Below are positions 62,284 to 64,000 of a stretch of DNA of 64,000 nt, in pieces (within the stretch, counting starts at the first letter, position 1; every line of letters begins with the position of its first letter). A model generated the notes under the pieces. The model made no database searches and had not been told where the DNA came from. It saw nothing but the letters and a program-made list of their open reading frames with translations. The DNA is from a virus (lineage: Duplodnaviria; Caudoviricetes): positions 9,024-73,023 of IMG/VR virus record IMGVR_UViG_3300032257_000008; one strand, 5' to 3'. The position numbers were made by a program, and so were the translations under genes.

Positions 62284-64000
62284 TAGCCTGCTGGATCAAC
62301 CCCCGATATAGGGTTACCTGCGGCTGTTGTAACAACACCAGTCCAGGCAACGGTAGTATCATCTTCTTTATATACTGTAATCACGCCACCAGCTATAGTT
62401 ACTTTATTTCTACCGGCTCTCACGGCATTACGTAAAGTTCTTACTGTAGTAGAGCCTGAATCAGTACCTGTTGACATATCCCGGTCAAGAATTGCATCAG
62501 CAATAGCATTACGCTCTGTTACTGATAATGTGACTTCAGCAGAGGTATCAGCCAGGATAGCATCAATAATTAGGTCTAATCGCCCTCCATTGGTCCAATC
62601 ACCCTGTAATTCATTGGTATCAATAACAATAGTTGCAGTATCTTGCTTAATTGCTGCCAGGTCTGCTGCAATACTTAAACCTGCTGGAGTACCTATCTTA
62701 TTCACTTCTGTTTGTACTGCGGCAATTAAAGCTGGGATATTATCAGTTTGTAATTCATTACTATCTTGAACAATTAAAGCTGTTTCTGCTTTTATTGCAT
62801 CAATAAGAATTTTTAGGGCTCCTAAACCATCTACACCATTATCTAGGTCTGTTTGTACAGCAGCTATCAGTGTATTAATGTTACTCAAATCAGTAGGTAT
62901 ATTAAGTGGTCCTAATTCATCTAGGTAACCAGCTCTTGCAGCAGTTAACCTGGTTTCTAATGTATCAACGTAACCAACAATTGCAGCCAGGGTAGTTGGT
63001 ATATCATCTAACTGCAATTCATTAGTATCGGCAAGGATGTCTGTTAATTTAGTTGAATTAGTATCGATTTCCTGTCTGATTTGTACTGCGGTTGGTGCAC
63101 TACCTGCTGAACCAAGAGCAGCGATAACTTCTATCGTATCGCCGGCAGCCATTGTAAATACAGCAGGATCAGCTGATAGAGTGACAGTCTTAGTGGCGCC
63201 TGTATAAGCTGAAACTGTACCTACTGCTTTTTGAGTACTTGTCACACTGTCAGTGATAACAACAATAGCGTTGGTATAAGCATCATCGTCAGCACTACCG
63301 GCTGTAAGTGTAAAGCTGGTTTGTGTTGCTAATGTAGCAATCGTAGTACTTTGTAGTAATTGGGGTGGTGTACCACCGGCTCCAGTAATCCAGGCAGCAT
63401 CCCCCCGGTCTCGAATTGCCTCAAGGGAATCTGTTGCACCAGAGAATGTGCCACCTTTAATGTCTGTTAGATGAGTTATTAAAGTAGTTAATGCACCGGC
63501 ATCAGGTAATGCATCTGTAATTACTTTAATAGCATCTACCACAGTATCAACTGTAGTTAATGATGTGGCCAATGCTGCATTATCTGTACCTCGCATTGCT
63601 GCGCCATCAATATTAACAACATCTGCTGCAATAGTGTCTAAAATGGTATCTAAACGTCCTGCATTAATCCAATCTGATAGAACTGCTATTTGAGCAGCAC
63701 TTGCTGGATTATGAGTTCCAGCTGCTAATGTACCCACAATACGAGTTAATAGAGTATCAATATCTGCTGGTAAATTGGCTGCTGCTAATTCAGCAAGTCT
63801 TACTTCTGTACAAACAGAAGCTAAAGCTACATTCCCAGTTAAATAACCAAGTAAAGTATCTAAATCTAAACCGCCAGCATCACTAGTAGGTAAACCGCCT
63901 GCCGCGTCTGCTGCCGCATTTGGTAAGGCTGTCATGCCTGCTCTTACACCATCAAACATATCAATATCAGTAAGCTGAATCACGCACCCGATAACCACCA
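62283..64000 (-). CDS. long repetitive A/T/D-rich virion fibre-like protein (5' end probably outside the window)
   Basis: At least 571 aa; repeats (T/S)NELQxD three times, W(I/T)NxGRLDxI twice; beta-rich insert LATQTSFTLTAGSADDDAY. Confidence 0.7.
   Translation of the reverse strand, partial: VVIGCVIQLTDIDMFDGVRAGMTALPNAAADAAGGLPTSDAGGLDLDTLLGYLTGNVALASVCTEVRLAELAAANLPADIDTLLTRIVGTLAAGTHNPASAAQIAVLSDWINAGRLDTILDTIAADVVNIDGAAMRGTDNAALATSLTTVDTVVDAIKVITDALPDAGALTTLITHLTDIKGGTFSGATDSLEAIRDRGDAAWITGAGGTPPQLLQSTTIATLATQTSFTLTAGSADDDAYTNAIVVITDSVTSTQKAVGTVSAYTGATKTVTLSADPAVFTMAAGDTIEVIAALGSAGSAPTAVQIRQEIDTNSTKLTDILADTNELQLDDIPTTLAAIVGYVDTLETRLTAARAGYLDELGPLNIPTDLSNINTLIAAVQTDLDNGVDGLGALKILIDAIKAETALIVQDSNELQTDNIPALIAAVQTEVNKIGTPAGLSIAADLAAIKQDTATIVIDTNELQGDWTNGGRLDLIIDAILADTSAEVTLSVTERNAIADAILDRDMSTGTDSGSTTVRTLRNAVRAGRNKVTIAGGVITVYKEDDTTVAWTGVVTTAAGNPISGVDPAG

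Noticed and set aside
36973-63886. Plus-strand ORFs within the late region and minus-strand ORFs within the early/middle region (for example 53711..54268, 54999..55424, 29784..30131)
   Set aside because: Antisense shadows of long conserved genes; their composition reflects the reverse codon bias or the acidic low-complexity repeats
1-64000. Canonical tRNA genes, rRNA and CRISPR arrays
   Set aside because: No cloverleaf with a TTC T-loop and no regularly spaced repeat-spacer array was found by eye; tRNAscan-SE and CRISPR finders were not run

Overview
A near-complete genome segment of a lytic N4-like podophage (Schitoviridae), AT-rich, with no integrase and no CRISPR array. The window opens with the last leftward late genes (1-1504). 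A non-coding region follows (about 1505-1900) that is probably the genome-end/terminal-repeat junction. The rightward early/middle region (1.9-36.2 kb) carries many small ORFs, the two RNAP II subunits, a TraR/DksA-like protein, a 2OG-Fe(II) oxygenase, ThyX, a MoxR-type AAA plus VWA-peptidase pair, an orphan NrdJb/TSCPD protein, a GIY-YIG nuclease, a family A DNA polymerase split into two genes, a PD-(D/E)XK nuclease, the gp43-type primase/ATPase, a Sak4-like ATPase, SSB, dUTPase and a RuvC-like resolvase. The leftward late region (36.2-64 kb) carries a 3158-aa cysteine-free virion RNA polymerase, ejection/structural proteins, major capsid, portal and an atypical tail-fibre module. The most unusual features are: (i) a family of GC-rich, G-U-containing structured intergenic elements (33.1-33.65 kb, 35.5-35.75 kb, 10.3-10.4 kb and others) sharing an ACTCAAATA motif, with T-loops and a compact pseudoknot, i.e. 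candidate phage ncRNAs; (ii) a DNA polymerase split in the thumb region by a non-nuclease gene with no room for an intron; (iii) NrdJb without NrdJa; (iv) an acceptor-stem-like hairpin ending in ACCA; (v) no recognisable N4 gp37-type helicase. All family assignments are from motif recognition by eye; no database searches or folding computations were run.
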